Shown here in pieces: positions 38,818-52,790 of a stretch of 64,000 bases of DNA. Under the pieces are notes generated by a model, which had not been told where the DNA came from, did not search any database, and saw nothing but the letters and a program-made list of their open reading frames with translations. How positions within the stretch are numbered: position 1 is the stretch's first letter; each line of letters begins with the position of its first letter. Both the position numbers and the translations under genes were made by a program. This stretch comes from Owenia fusiformis (taxonomy: Eukaryota), in assembly GCA_903813345.2 (NCBI GenBank), contig CAIIXF020000001.1, positions 33,108,001 to 33,172,000 of the forward strand. Reading direction: 5' to 3'.

Positions 38818-41631
38818 CCCTTATAAAAAATTCAACCTTGAAAGTCTGAATTTAAACCATCGGACAATCATTGCACAATCACTGATCCAATCATTTATGC
38901 AACCATGCCAACGGTTACAATGCAACCATTACAATTTTGGTTGTAAACTCATTGAAAATATTTCAATCATATGTAACCATTGTAAACGCTTGACAATTTT
39001 GATTGCATTTCTTGCAACCGTTTCAATCAAATGCAACCCTTTAAAACTATGGCAATATTATCTCAATACAACACAAAATAATTATGTTGCTCCTTAAAAT
39101 ATATTTTTAAATGTATGTATTTCATGCATACATGTCAGAATTTAAAATTTGAAATTTGATCAAAAAGATATTTAAAGTATTGAAATAGTTTAGTAAACTT
39201 GTCTTATGAATGAAAATATATTGAACCAATTTCCATCTAACATTGAAGGATGGTGATTGTCTCACTCACATGTATATTATCTAGATAACAGCAATGCTAA
39301 GGCATAGCAACTTCCCTTGCTGACATGACTATCATTTTTACAAAATCCCTTCACTACTTTTTAAGTTATTGCAAAAACATTTGAAATAATTTTGATTGGG
39401 TCAAGTCTTGAATTTTACAAATTCAAACACTTATACTTCATCTTGTAACTATCACAATTTTAAAGGAAGGAAAATGTGTCTAGAAGGAAGAAATCCTTCA
39501 ATCAGAAAATAATCTGATTATTGATTTGAAAATGCAATCAGACATTACAGGATGTGTTTTAAATAATTAAGTTGATAAGCATAACTTTAAAAACTCTGAT
39601 TACAGTAAGACTCAGTCTCTCTAGTTTGATTAGAGTCTGCTTTGAAGGAAGTGTCTAAAGAAACTTTATTAATCCATTAATCCATAAACAAAACAAAAAT
39701 AATTTGGCAAGGCAAAACAAACCTTATTACAGAAAAACTCTCAGTTTGATTAGTCTGCTATAAAGGAAGCATCTTATGTAATTTAATTATTCCTTACACA
39801 GAACTTGATAAATTATAATTTGCCAAAGAACAATAACTTAATCCATAAATCCATGAATAAAATGAAGTACAAAAATTCTGAAAATATTATTTTCAGTTTC
39901 ATATACTTGCTATTTGAGATTTCTTAGCACTTATTGAAGCAATTGAATAAAGAAACAAACCCTCAAAAATCTGAAAACACTTTTTAAATTTCTAAGCCCC
40001 CCCCCCCCTTCTGCATAAAATAGAGAATATAAATAAATATATAGTATAACACAAGCTGAAAATAAATATAACAGAAACTAGGACTATGAACCCTATTTCT
40101 GGTCAAGCATTTTGATTAGCTGTTCAACCGTTTTAATTAGCTGTTCAACCGTTTTAATTAGCTGTTCAACCGTTTTAATTGGCTGTTCAAGCATTTTGAT
40201 TTGCCTATACCCATTTCAATATGTAGTAGGTATTGTTGTGTTGAGCAATATCATAAAAAATATTTGCCAAGAAAGAACATGGTAATTAAATCTGTTGTGA
40301 ATAATGTGTTTCACACATAATATACAGTCAATATCAAATTAGTTATCTTGTTTGTATTTTTTAAATTTAGTGAGTTATACTCTTGATATGGGGTGTTAAC
40401 TACACATAATATAGATACATTTGAAAAACATTCTCACTAAATATTTGGAGATTTGCTCAATTCTTTTCATAATTAACATTAAAGATGCATCATTTTGGCC
40501 ATATCAGATAAAGGGAAATAAAAACCTCTTACAGACTGGGCATAATGTCTCATAGCTACTATATAGAAAGCATATTACTATAAAAATATAAATTCTGTAT
40601 ACAAAGTTTTCAAATCTGTATGTTAAAATAATATGGATAATCTATTATTTTTTGAAAGGCATTTTATTCTATAATAGATTTTTTTAATAGAAATATGAGA
40701 TTTTTTTTATAAACATACCCCATTATATATTAATTAGGGACAGAAATCACTAAGATCACCTGATTCAGTTTAATCGGGCGCTTCCAAATTGGTTATAGCA
40801 GGGGGAAGGAGGTACGGATTCTGGATACCTGCTTAGGAGAATGGCTGATGAACATGCCAATATTGTGTTGAATTTTGCCAATAGTTAACTGAATACTGCC
40901 AAAAGCTTAATGAATACTGTCAATAGTTTAATGAATACTGGAAAAAGTTATTGAATACTATTATGAATACTAACAATTAGTTCATTGAATACTGGCAATA
41001 AAGTAATGAATACTGGCAATAGTTTATTGAATACTGCCAATATTATAATGAATGCTGGCAATAGTATAATAATGAACATTGCCAGAAATGTCACTTTTAT
41101 GAACACTTATAGAAGTTTGATGAACACTAGATATGGTAATTTTAATTGTGTAAATAATGTAAATGACAGAGAACTAAACTAAATTTAGTAATTTACTATA
41201 ATAAACATGCAAGTATGTTTGCAGAAAAAATATCTTAATATACTGTTGTTGAATAGAGGTAGATTCAAATCAATACTTAAAGATAATTTTAATTCAGGTA
41301 AAATGATAATTTTTTGGAACGATACTAATTCAGGATGGTTGCAGGGGTTGAACTATGCAATCATTGAACAAAACATATTGCAACCATTTACATTTCAATG
41401 TGAAATGGTTGCAGTTTGCAATGGTTGCAGATTACAATGATTGTAAAGAAACAGTTGCGCAGTCGTTGAAAAAGAGTTGACTTTGCTTGGTTGAACGCAA
41501 TGATTGCACAATGATTGCTTATCATTGTACAATGGTTTTTCCTTTGATCTTAGTAGTTGAAACAATCAGTATTCAATGATTGATGGAAACGGTTTAAATT
41601 CGGACTTTCAAGGTTGAATTTTTTATAAGGG
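38818..41631. mobile_element. 2.8-kb non-autonomous TIR element with internal minisatellites
   Basis: ~40-bp TIR CCCTTATAAAAAATTCAACCTTGAAAGTC; tgcaacc/ggttgca subterminal repeats; 21-bp tandem arrays at 40110-40195 and 40850-41140; no TSD resolved. Confidence 0.8.
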
Positions 41632-41912
41632 TGTAGCTTAGAATGACAACAATATTTTTACCTTTTATATCTGGGATATTCCACTTTGAAATATACAGGG
41701 TCAGATTTTGAAAAAATAATTTCAGCTTTATTTGTCCTTATAACAAACTGCAAAGTATTTTCACAAATATTTTTCGAAACTGTCGATAATCATGAAATGG
41801 TTTATTGTGACGGCACTGACTTTGTTCCCGGAAGCCGACATCCAATGAATTGATATGAAACAAGAAGCAAGTTCTCGTGTATTGTATAATGTGTAATGTT
41901 ATCTGTTTTCAG

Positions 41913-41980
41913 GTGATGCCACTACCTCTGATATACTTAGGAAATACAGTACTTGGTTTAGGAGGAACACAGCGTCTCAA
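41913..41980 (+). CDS. SLC35D1: SLC35D-family transporter, exon 4
   Basis: ttttcag acceptor; VMPLPLIYLGNTVLGLGGTQRL+AA; GTATGA donor. 68 nt. Confidence 0.93.
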
Positions 41981-42569
41981 GTATGAACATTTTCATTTTT
42001 TAAGTCAAGTCAAATATAAGGCGTCTTTAGACAAATGTGCATTTTAAATCAAGGTTTAATCGGATGGCCTATATCCTGGGGCCTGGCTGGCCATTACATG
42101 CTATTTTACGAATTTTGCGAACTGGTCATTCATTTTTCATTTTTTCAGCAATGCCATGTGAGCCCAGTATCCATGGTTCCATTTTATTGTATGTTCAATT
42201 TTATTATCCCATCGAACAAAGTTTAAGTTTATAGGGAACGCCTCCATCCATACGTACATTGGTATGTCCGTCGGTCCATCCAGGCAATAACTCAAATACC
42301 GTTGGCCCGATTTTGTTCATATTTCGTGCACATACTGTATACTCGATGTGGGTAGAAGTTCTACTCGAAAGCCGATTTCAAAATGGCCACTTGTTTAAAA
42401 ATGGTGGCCATTTTAGTGCTTAATCCGTATAAGCAATATGTTTTTGTGTAAAGTGAAAAGTAGTATGTGAATACTATGAGCATGTCACACGGTCTAATGA
42501 CACTTTTGGTAGAAGATGACCATTTTGAAAAATGGCTGCCATGTAAACCACCCTGCGTGCAGAGTCTAG

Positions 42570-43700
42570 TTATCCCATCGAACGAAGTTCGGAGGGATAT
42601 AGGGAACGCCTCCGTCTGTCCGTCCGTCCGTACGTACGTACGTACGTCCGTCCGTCCGTCCGTACGTACGTACGTCCGTCGTCCGGGCAATAACTCAAAT
42701 ACCGTTGGCCTGATTTTATTCATATTTTGTACACATATACCCTATGGGAGTAGAAGTTCTGCTCGAAAGCCGATTTTCAAAATGGCCGCTCATTTAAAAA
42801 TGGCGGCCATTTTAGTGCCGATTTTACAGTAATTTAGGTGCAATATGTAAAACTGTAATAGCAATATGTTTTAAATGTAAAAAAATTATATAGGACATTA
42901 ATAAAGCTAGAAATGTAGATATTAAAAAAGCACATGGCAGCCATCTTGAAAAATGGCGGCCTTTGCTTGTTATTTTACGATTTTTGCTGTAACTCGAAAA
43001 GTATTGGAGCGATTTTGTTCATATTTGGTATGTGAATACTATAAGCATGGCACACTGTCTCATGACACTTTTGTAGAAGGTGGCCATTTTGAAAAATGGC
43101 TGACATTTTGAAAAATGGCCGCCATTTTAACTTATTTTACTAAAACTCGAAAAGTAGTGGAGCGATTTTGTTCATATTTGGTATTTGAATACGTATAAGC
43201 ATGGCACACTGTCTAATGACACTTTTGGTAGAGGGCGGTCATTTTTCAAAATGGCCGCCATTTTAATGTATTTTACTATAACTCGAAAAGTAGTGGAGCG
43301 ATTTTGTTCATATTCGGTATGTGAATACTGTAAGCATGGCACACTGTCTAATGACACTTTTGTTTGAAGGGATTTTTGAAAAATGGCTGCCATTTTAACT
43401 TATTTTACTATAACTCGAAAAGTAGTGGAGCGATTTTGTTCATATTTGGTATGTGAATACGTATAAGCATGGCACACTGTCTAATGACACTTTTGGTAGA
43501 AGGCGGCCATTTTGAAAAATGGCCGCCATTTTAACGTATTTTACTATAACTCGAAAAGTAGTGGAGCGATTTTGTTCATATTTGGTATGTGAATATTATA
43601 AGCATGGCACACTGTCTAATGACACTTTTGGTAGAAGGTGCCCGTTTTGAAAAATGTTCGATGGGATTCGCTACGCTTTGGCGTTGCCGTTGTTCTGGTT
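42570..43700 (+). mobile_element. Young HINE copy
   Basis: Closely similar to 36832-37887; five ~130-bp core repeats; TT insertion site. Confidence 0.85.
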
Positions 43701-44485
43701 ATAAACTATCCTTAGCCTAGTATTGACTTTATTACAGTTTAGCAGCCCCGCCCCCACGACCGATGCCCATGATGGCTCGGGTCATAAATCATTTCATACC
43801 TAGCGCACTGACATATTCTGAATCAATCAGCGAGCTGGAAGGAACCTGTGCTACTATGCAATTACGTCAGAGAAAATGACTGTTGCCCTTATTTCGCCGA
43901 CGAACTCTGATTGGCGCGTGAGTTCAGAGATTCATTGAAAACTTAAAGACGAAGCTCTTTTTTGAGAAGCAAAGTCAAATGAATGCAAAGGGTACGTGTT
44001 AAGATGTGTTATTTAACAGCTTTTGCTATAACTCTACCCTGCGTGCAGAGTCTAGTTAAACTACACTCTGCCTAGAAAAGACCATATTACAGTTTAGTAG
44101 CCCCGCCCTTCAGACGGGTACCAGTGACAGTTTGGGTAATCTCTGATCTACGCGCTGACCTTTCTTCCACCAATCAGCGAGATTGACGAAACATACTCCA
44201 AATGCGTTCTAATTAAATATGCGCATGTCATTGGTCAATTCCGGGCTCAACGATGACGTCAGAAGGAATGACCATAAATAGAACGTCGGTCAAATTTGGC
44301 CGACGAACACTGATTGGCGCGGTGAGCTCACAGGTTTATTTTATTTTGAAAAAGTGAAGACGAAGCTCTCTTTTCAGAAGTAAAGACAAACGAATGCAAA
44401 TGGTACTAAAACTCATAAAGTAATCGAGCAATTTTGTTCATATTTGATATGGGAATCCTATGAGCATGGCACACTGTCTAATGAC

Positions 44486-45659
44486 TAGAGAAGGGTAGGT
44501 CACGGTTCGGTTCGGTACGATTCTCGGTTCTTGTCCCTCGGTTCGGTCGGTTCTTCAATCATATATGTACTTAATAAGGTGGGCCTCATAAATTTCAATT
44601 GGTGCCACAAATATGGCAACATAAAAGGTGTTTCACTTTTATTTTGTATTATTAGGGGATATAATTTTATTTTCAATCTTATAAATGATCAATATGGAAT
44701 GATGATAGCTGATAATCATTGAATATTTATGGAATTAAATAACTAGAATTGAACTATTTGTATGTGGCTATCAACAAGTTGCTAGCCCCGTATTAGATGG
44801 GAGGGATTCCTTTTTAAACTGGGTCTGGTTGGGTAAGACCTTTCAATATGTTTCCTCACGGCAGACAGTGTGTTTCCTGAAAACTAAAATTATATGGATA
44901 GCACAGATGTCCTTCAGTTGGGAATATCAGTGCAGTGGGCTAGGGGGTGTTTACCCAAATTCTCAACCTGACTTGGGACCTGAGGTAGGACACATGAAAA
45001 AGTGTATATATGAGTCATAAAAAATGTTACTATGAGTGGGTAATAGAAGGCAGTTACAAGATAGGGAATGAATTGAAGTCTAATAAAGATCGCGGTCTTA
45101 ATTTTTAAAATTAAAAAAAATTTACAAAAAGTTTCTATCACAAAAATTGGAAACCTGCAGCGTATTTCAATGTCGTGTTGCACAACCGACATAGGGTAGA
45201 CGTATTCTCATCGTAGAAACCGAATACTTCCAAGCATCCAACTTAGGCATCGCGGGGAAAGGCTCTATTATGGTTTTACAAGCTCTTTGCCTAAGACTTC
45301 GAAAACTGTCCGCCATTTTTAAAACACAAGTGTTTCCGCGCGAAATAAATTCACGCTCGCAAGTAGAATTATGTTCCCTCGAGAAATATCCAAGGAGACG
45401 ATTTTATTACCGTATGGATTGTTTAAAGTTGTTCAATTGTCGTTTAAATGGTACTTTCATTCGCTATTTAGATGAAATAGAGCTGTAATTATTTGCGCAA
45501 AAAATTGGTATTCATGTTACACTGCACGAAAATAAAGTATTTCCCTGGGGAATGATGGAACCGTTCTGGACTCGGTTCTTGGTGATCAGACGGTCCCAGT
45601 AGAACCGTGAGGCCAAAAACCGCGGTTAATCGAACCGAACCGTAACCGACCCTTCTCTA
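44486..45659. mobile_element. hAT (Ac-like) non-autonomous element
   Basis: TIR TAGAGAAGGGT/ACCCTTCTCTA; cggtt/aaccg subterminal repeats; perfect 8-bp TSD CTAATGAC. Confidence 0.9.
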
Positions 45660-45840
45660 CTAATGACACTTTGGGTAGTAGGTGGCCATTTTGAAAAATT
45701 GCTATATACTTTGTTTGTAAAATGCCAGCCATGGCTGTTCGATGGGATTTGGTACACTTTGGCGTTGCTGTTGTCAAGTTTGTATTATAAAGAAAAATGT
45801 GTATATGGAATTGTTTTCTCATGCTCTTTGTTTGTTTCAG

Positions 45841-45912
45841 TCTGCCAATGTTCACAGTGCTTAGGAGGTTTTCTATACTCTTCACAATGATAGCAGAATA
45901 TTGGATTTTAGG
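45841..45912 (+). CDS. SLC35D1: SLC35D-family transporter, exon 5
   Basis: tttcag acceptor; (N)LPMFTVLRRFSILFTMIAEYWIL+GG with the hallmark LPMFTVLR motif; GTAAGG donor. 72 nt. Confidence 0.95.
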
Positions 45913-46099
45913 GTAAGGTTCTTTTCTGATTGTTGGACTACTGGATAGATCATTCACGAAAAGTGAAACAAGGGTTCCTCTGAACATTGGTATCTAATTT
46001 ATGGCTGTTATGAGTTCAAGGCAGAACTGAACCTATTAATTTTGCAAACAAAAGTATTAGACTGAATTTATTTCATTGAGTATTATACCGGTACTTTAG

Positions 46100-49000
46100 T
46101 TATCCCAACGAACGAAGTTCGGTAGGGATATAGTGAAGCCCTCCGTCCGTCAGTCCATCAGTCCATCAGTCCGTCCGTCAGTCCGTCCGTCCGTCTGTCC
46201 GTCCGGAAGATAACTCAAATACTAGTAGACGGATTTTCTTCATATTTAGCGGAAAGATGTGTATAAGTGAATAGTTTTACGCAAAAAAAATATTTCAAGA
46301 TGGCCGCCGCTTTAAAAATGACGGGACTTTTTCGCAAAAATCATAAATTTTTCATTCTAAACCAAAGTAATTAATATTATTGTTTGAAATTTTGGTAGTA
46401 TATTCGCAACATCTATCTATTTCACATATATTCCGTGTTTTTCATCCTGACCCCCAGGGGCCGTGTATGGGGGTCCCGAGACTGCGGCTAATTGTAACCC
46501 TGTCGGTTACAATTGGCCGCAATGCGGCTAATTGTAACTCGACTGTGGATATTGCGGCCAATTGTAACCCAATCACTAATTGTAACCTAAAGCGGTTAAT
46601 TGTAATCCAAATTTTGAAAATTTAATTTTATGTCTTAAATACAATTAAATTGCTATTTAATTAGTTTTAGAATCTGTTAATCTTACAATTGAGTCAGATG
46701 TCCAGAAATAAGCCCTTTATTAGTTCATCTTTTCAGAAAAGCAACAAACTTGGTATATTTGTAGAAACACTTCATCTGAGTGAAAAATGATTTTAGTGTT
46801 AGTGATTTGGGATAGTCTTTGTGGATTTTTTAGCCCCTGACCCCCTCAACTATCATGCATGTGGGGGTACATTATAAACACTAATTAAAAATGATTTTAA
46901 AGTAATTTTCTTTAAATGACTTCATTTGGTGATATCTTTGAGTCTTGAAATTGTGTAAAACCCATTTTGAAAGTGGTGTTTAGAGGGAAAATACATGTTT
47001 ACTAAATTATCTAGCAATAATTCATGGTTTAAAGGGCCAGATATGTGACATCTAGTACTGTATTTCAAGAATTTGATGACTTGAAGTCTTTAAAAAATCC
47101 ATTGTAATAGAGATTTGGGTGTTTATCACAGACAAAATATATAGCCAAGTTACCGTCATGTATTTTTTTTGATGAAAAGTATTGAAATTTCAATTTTTAG
47201 CTCTTATGGCTCAGGGTAACCTTAATGATTTTTTTTAAGATATGCAATGTATGCATCTCATATGAGCTCAGAATGGTATATAACATCTTGTTTTGTCATA
47301 TCATTCCTAATTGAATGTAAAAAATGATTGTAAATTTTTAAAGAATTTAATTTACATTTTCGCTACTGAAGGGCCAGGGGTAACAATATTTTACCTTAGT
47401 AATTTTTAAGATAATGTAATATATGCATCTCATATGAACTCAAGATGGTGCACATAGTATTGTGATTGGACATTTCTTAAAAATCTAAATTTTTGCTTAT
47501 CTTAAATGAGCTCAAAATGGTGTATATCATCTTTTTTGTCTTATTATTCCTAAAGAGATGTAAAAATGATTGGAAATTGGAAAAATGACATTTTCAAAGT
47601 AGCTTGTGATGGTTCAGGGATATTTTACCATAATGACTTTCAAGATAGGCTTATACGTATGTCTCATTAAAATGAGCTCAGAATAGTGATTTTAGTCTTG
47701 TTTTCTCATATTGTTCCTACAAAAAAATTCTGTGTCACGTTTGAATTTCAATATCTATTTATTCCTTTTAAGTACAATGGAAGAATACTTTCTAAGATAT
47801 GAAAATGTTTGATAGTCCAGTTAATACTGAGTAGTAGCATTGTTGGATTCCATGTACATGTACAATCATTTGAGAATATTATACAAATCTATAAAACATA
47901 ATAAAAAAGTTCAAGATTGATGGATTCTGACAGTCTTCCCTACTGCATAGCCCAGAGGAAATCAGATCTGCTTTCAAACATTCCTCAACACTCCTTACAG
48001 GAACATCTAAAAAAATGGTGGTACCACCATCCAGGTCTCAAACTCAATTGATTTAGAAAATTAGTAGAGTGCAGATGTAAAATGTAACATATCATATCCA
48101 TTGATTATATGAATTCTTGCTAGATAAGAGGGTTAAAATGTATTTTCCTCACTAAAAACCACTTCTTGGTTTTTACACAATTTAAAGGTCAAAAGCAATC
48201 ACCAAATAAAGTCATTAAAAAATACTTTAAAACCATTTTTAATTAGTTTTTTTTATAATAACATGTATTTAAGACAGAAAATTAAATTTTTTAAATTTGG
48301 ATTACTATTTAACCGCTTTAGATTTCAATCAATGATTGTGTTACAATTGACCGCAATATCCACAGTGGGGCTATAATGGACCGTGCCATAGACTTGAGAT
48401 AATGGGATCAGACCATCATAAGATGATTCCATATTATACTCCAGTTAAACCGTTGTAAATATTCACAACTAAATGAAAAATTGCAATACAGAGTAAACCT
48501 AGTGTTATGAATAGCCATTTGTAAGTAAAAAAACAACATATCAAAAATCTAACTTGTGGAAAACCTTAAAATCACCCTGGGGTAATTTTATGAGGGGTAC
48601 TAGGATAAACATTAATAATTTCTGTTATATAACTCCAATCACAATAAGGCTGGTTTAATATAATAAGGTTTTATTTATTTGCAATAAGATTTTACACTTG
48701 ATAACATATGAAGGCCTAGGTAAACATTACATTATTGGCCTCCCTTATTTGAACTTTGCAAATTAAAATATATGTATGTTGGTTCTCAAGCATGTGTCCT
48801 GCCATTTATAAGTGTTTCAGTATCCTTATGAAAAAAGTAAGAAATGAATGATGATGATAATGATTGATGAAAGATGGATTGGACTTTGTCTTAGAGATCA
48901 CAACTTAATTGCTCAAAATCTTTAATATTTCAGGTAAATCTGAAGCTTTCTATAATAACAGATGTTTCTATTTCTCTTCAAATGATTTAAAAATAAACAT

Positions 49001-49935
49001 TAAGTTACCCTAAAAACATATTTGGGGAGTGTTTAGTAAGATAACACGATTAATATGATGAATTATATGATATCTTCGACTCTGGACTCTATTCTATTAG
49101 GTGACTTCCACTCTAAGTATAGCTTTATTATACTCAAATGAAAGGCAATTAAGAGTAGATTGCAAATATTGTATCTTTTTTCTGATTCGTGCCTCGTAAA
49201 ATTCAAAATGGCCGTCTAATGTATGATTTCGCAATAATTTTTCGATCCCTTCAAAGTATGGCTATATAATACTCAAATTGAAGGAATTTTGGATTATATA
49301 ACAATTATGGTATTATTTTTCAGATTTGTACCTCAGAAAATTCAAAATGGATTTTTTCAAGATGGCCACCACTTTAAAAATGACGGGACTTTTTCGCAAA
49401 AATCATAAATCTTTCATTCTAAACCAAAGTACGGTAATTAATATTATTGTTTGAAATTTTGGTAGCAACATCTATCTATTTCACATATATTCCGTGTTTT
49501 TCATCCTGACCCCCAGGGGCCGTGTATCAGGAAAACAGAAAAAAAATATAATTTTTAGATCTTTCTGAAGTATAGCTTTATTATACTCAAATGAAAGGCA
49601 ATTGAGAGTAGATTCCAAATATTGTATCTTTTTTCTGATTCGAGCCTCGTAAAATTCTAAATGGCCGTCTAATGTATGATTTCGCAATAATTTTTTCGAT
49701 CCCTTCAGCGTATGGCTATATAATACTCAAATTGAAGGAATTTTGGAGTAGATCACAATTATGGTATTATTTTTCAGATTTGTACCTCAGAAAATTCAAA
49801 ATGGCTGCTTTGCAGGAATTCGCAATTCTAAAATCTAAATTTTAACCAAAGTAATGAGTATAATTGATTGGAATTCGGTAATTGATATTTTGTTCGTTGG
49901 GATTTGCTACTCCGCGGAGTTGCCATTATAAAGTT
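46100..49935 (+). mobile_element. HINE-family element filling intron 5
   Basis: ttatcccaacgaacgaagttcggtagggata start; (ccgt/cagt)n tract; ttcgttgggat plus hairpin at 49893-49935. Confidence 0.8.
46468..48370. mobile_element. Foldback-type insertion inside the HINE
   Basis: 46542-46642 is inverted at 48265-48366, and ~46880-47040 at ~48105-48250; aattgtaac repeats. Confidence 0.65.
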
Positions 49936-49959
49936 TTAGTTGTGTTAATTTTGTTCCAG

Positions 49960-50028
49960 TGTGAAAGCCCCACGTGTTGTGCAGTTTTCTGTGTTCATCA
50001 TGATATTTGGAGCCATGATTGCTGCAAG
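49960..50028 (+). CDS. SLC35D1: SLC35D-family transporter, exon 6
   Basis: ttccag acceptor; (G)VKAPRVVQFSVFIMIFGAMIAA+AG; GTATAC donor. 69 nt. Confidence 0.92.
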
Positions 50029-50836
50029 GTATACATTTTTACACTTCAACAATCTTCAGGGTTCTCACCAGGAAATTTTTAGAACCCGGAAAAAATTCAA
50101 CATTCGCACCATCTCCCCCTTAATCTACATGATAAAATGGGAATTGCTAATTTTATCGGAGGGAGTATGTTTATTTGAATCAATTACTAGCATTTTCCTC
50201 AATAGATGTCTCCCTTCATACCACATGAAGGAAACTACTTCAAAAAATTTCTTAATGATACAGTGATTTCAATTGAAAATCACCTGTTTTTAAGACCTTA
50301 TTTTAGAAAATTAGAATCTGTATGGTAAGTGAACACTTTATCTTATGTTTTGAGAAGGTTTAACTCAAAAGCTGAGGTGAAAGAGGATGAAAAGTGGCAA
50401 AGAAATTTTTTTTTAAAAAATAAGAGACCAGCGGCATCCATTCTTAGCACCAGAGACTGGCGCTATCAGGTTTGAACATGAGAGAGTCCAGCGCGCCGCC
50501 GGAATCTAAAAGTCTACTGAGATCGCTGTTCTTCTAAGTTTCAATAGAATAAGACAATGATAATATTGGACCCAATGATTCTGACTCATTCTTGGATACA
50601 AAGAAATGATTAGCAGAGATTAGAACCCCAGGCATATGCCATGGTAGTGACAATTTTTACCTCCAATTAAATAAATATGGGCTATTTAGTATCCAAAAGT
50701 CCAACCAATCGATTGGTTCTAAGTCAAAGTCATTTTAGCTTACTTCTTAAAATCAAGACAGTGTCACTTCGATTATATCCAAAACTGTGTGGTTGACTCA
50801 TCCATCTAGTCAATTTTTGTATTTGTTGTTTTCCAG

Positions 50837-50939
50837 CAATGATCTAAGTTTTGATGTGATAGGATATGTGTTTATTTTCATCAATGACATCTGTACTGCT
50901 GCTAATGGAGTCTACACTAAGAAAAAGTTGGAATCCAAA
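50837..50939 (+). CDS. SLC35D1: SLC35D-family transporter, exon 7
   Basis: ttccag acceptor; (S)[34 protein letters not shown] with the hallmark TAANGVY.K motif; GTAAGA donor. 103 nt. Confidence 0.95.
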
Positions 50940-51236
50940 GTAAGAGTCTCACAATATTATATTAGTAGTTCAAGCTTTGATATGCACATGCATAAAAGAG
51001 GGTTTGAATCAAACTCATGTATATTAAGGATAGTTTAGTATCAGAATTTAGAAATTACATTTGTTGTAACAGATCAATCACATCCTGAATGTCATGATTT
51101 CATGTGTGTTTTTAGCTCATGTTTTATGAGCTATTGGAATCGCCCAGTTGTCTGTGTCTGTCTTTCCATCTGTCAACACATTGTGGCTCTTGTGGAAGCC
51201 TTCATTGCAATTTAAATGGTTCAATTTTTTAATGTA

Positions 51237-51825
51237 CAGGGTGTTTCATATGTATGCACCCCCCTCTAAACTCATATGTGTAGCATTGCCACCCTATCAT
51301 GTTAGATATCATTTTGTTCATTTATAAAAAGTTACATAGGATTGGAAAGTTTCAGAATTAAGGGGTGTTCCTGAAAAAAGATACAATCCACCAAAATATG
51401 TGGGTAGGGGGTCATTTACAAGCTGTTTTGAAAGGATCTTTGAGCCAGTCTGGTGATCTGTTCACTTTGTCGCTACCAATTTTTAGTGATAAAGGTGGTA
51501 CCATGGGCCCTGACCTCCCTATAAGCCACCAGATGAATCCTGTCTATATATATTTGTGCATAACTGCCATAGACATGTGGACTGAGCTCGGCCATGGTGA
51601 CAATAGCTGGAAATGTGCAATACAGAAACTGAATTTGTCCTTTGAATTGTCCTCAAAATCACCAGAAATTGCCGCCTTAATGACTCTTACCCACAATCTT
51701 TGGTACATCGTATTTTTTTGTCAGTGACACCCCTGGATTCTGAAACTTAACAAAATGATATATAACATGAAATGGTGGCAACGCTACATGTATTAAAGGG
51801 GGATGCATACATATGAAACACCCTG
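51237..51825. mobile_element. Tc1/mariner-type MITE inside a degraded HINE (~51111-51955)
   Basis: TA|CAGGGTGTTTCATATGTATGCA ... TGCATACATATGAAACACCCTG|TA. Confidence 0.88.
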
Positions 51826-52173
51826 TACATAAAGTCTTCAATTGGTCCCATAAGTGACATTTCAAAAGCTTGCCTCATTTAGAAATGGCAGCCATTTAGA
51901 TTACTCAAAAATTCAGTTTCAACCTGTGAGCCCTGTACCCATGGTACTGTTCATTTTCTTGTGAATTGGACTTGGTTCATGGATCTTTTTATTATGTAAC
52001 ACTTATTGACTCTCTAAATACTCCACCAATGGTGTAAGTTATGTGTGTATGCAAGCCACAGACATATCTGGAGTTTGGCAAAACAATTTTGGAGCTCTTT
52101 AGGAGTAGAGCTACTTATTTATTAATTTATTGCTATTAATCATTTGAATGGTACACTTCCCAACTGTTTTCAG

Positions 52174-52266
52174 GAATTAGGTAAATATGGGCTGCTATAC
52201 TACAATGCTCTGATCATGATCCTGCCAACATTTACTATATGCTGGTATACGGGAGATTTACAAAAG
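52174..52266 (+). CDS. SLC35D1: SLC35D-family transporter, exon 8
   Basis: ttttcag acceptor; [37 protein letters not shown] donor. 93 nt. Confidence 0.95.
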
Positions 52267-52350
52267 GTGAGTTCAAATGAAAGGTACAGCTAGATATCTA
52301 TTATGATGTCTACATTTAGTTTAGTGAAATTCCATTATATTATCAAGATT

Positions 52351-52790
52351 AATTACTCAGATGCGAGTAGTTTGTTACCAGTTACGCCACCAGGTGGCTG
52401 ATTCGGGGGAATTAACATGGTAGGGTATTACAAAATTCCCTTAAACTTGAATATGCATCAGTTTTAGTGGTTCACTTTTCATATTACCTTTATGTATCTG
52501 ATAGCCATACAAATTAAAATATGTCCAGTAAAAGAAAATATTATCTGTCCAACACAAGAAAAGATATTTCACTTTTTGTGGTTTTACAACATGAGGTCTA
52601 TGAGGAATCTCCCCGACCTAGAAGTCACATTTTCAAAGAAAATTAAACTTTAAAAGTTGATAAACTCTTTTCAAAACCACATTTCTAAATGTTATTTTAC
52701 ATGTAGATTCCAAATATGACATCAGTTTGACTGAATTGTGAATTTTTAATGACGTAAATCAAGATTATTTCTACTCGCATCTGGGATATT
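52351..52790. mobile_element. ~430-bp TIR element, intact copy
   Basis: cagatgcgagtag/ctactcgcatctg TIR; homologous to 15410-16798. Confidence 0.85.

Larger units (their letters stand above)
42203..45780 (+). mobile_element. Older HINE copy hosting nested insertions
   Basis: ttatcccatcgaac at ~42204 and gttcgatgggat plus 3' hairpin at 45737-45780; core repeats resume between the inserts. Confidence 0.75.

Noticed and set aside
40985..41182. MNTGN-repeat ORF
   Set aside because: Translation of a 21-bp minisatellite inside the 38818-41631 element.
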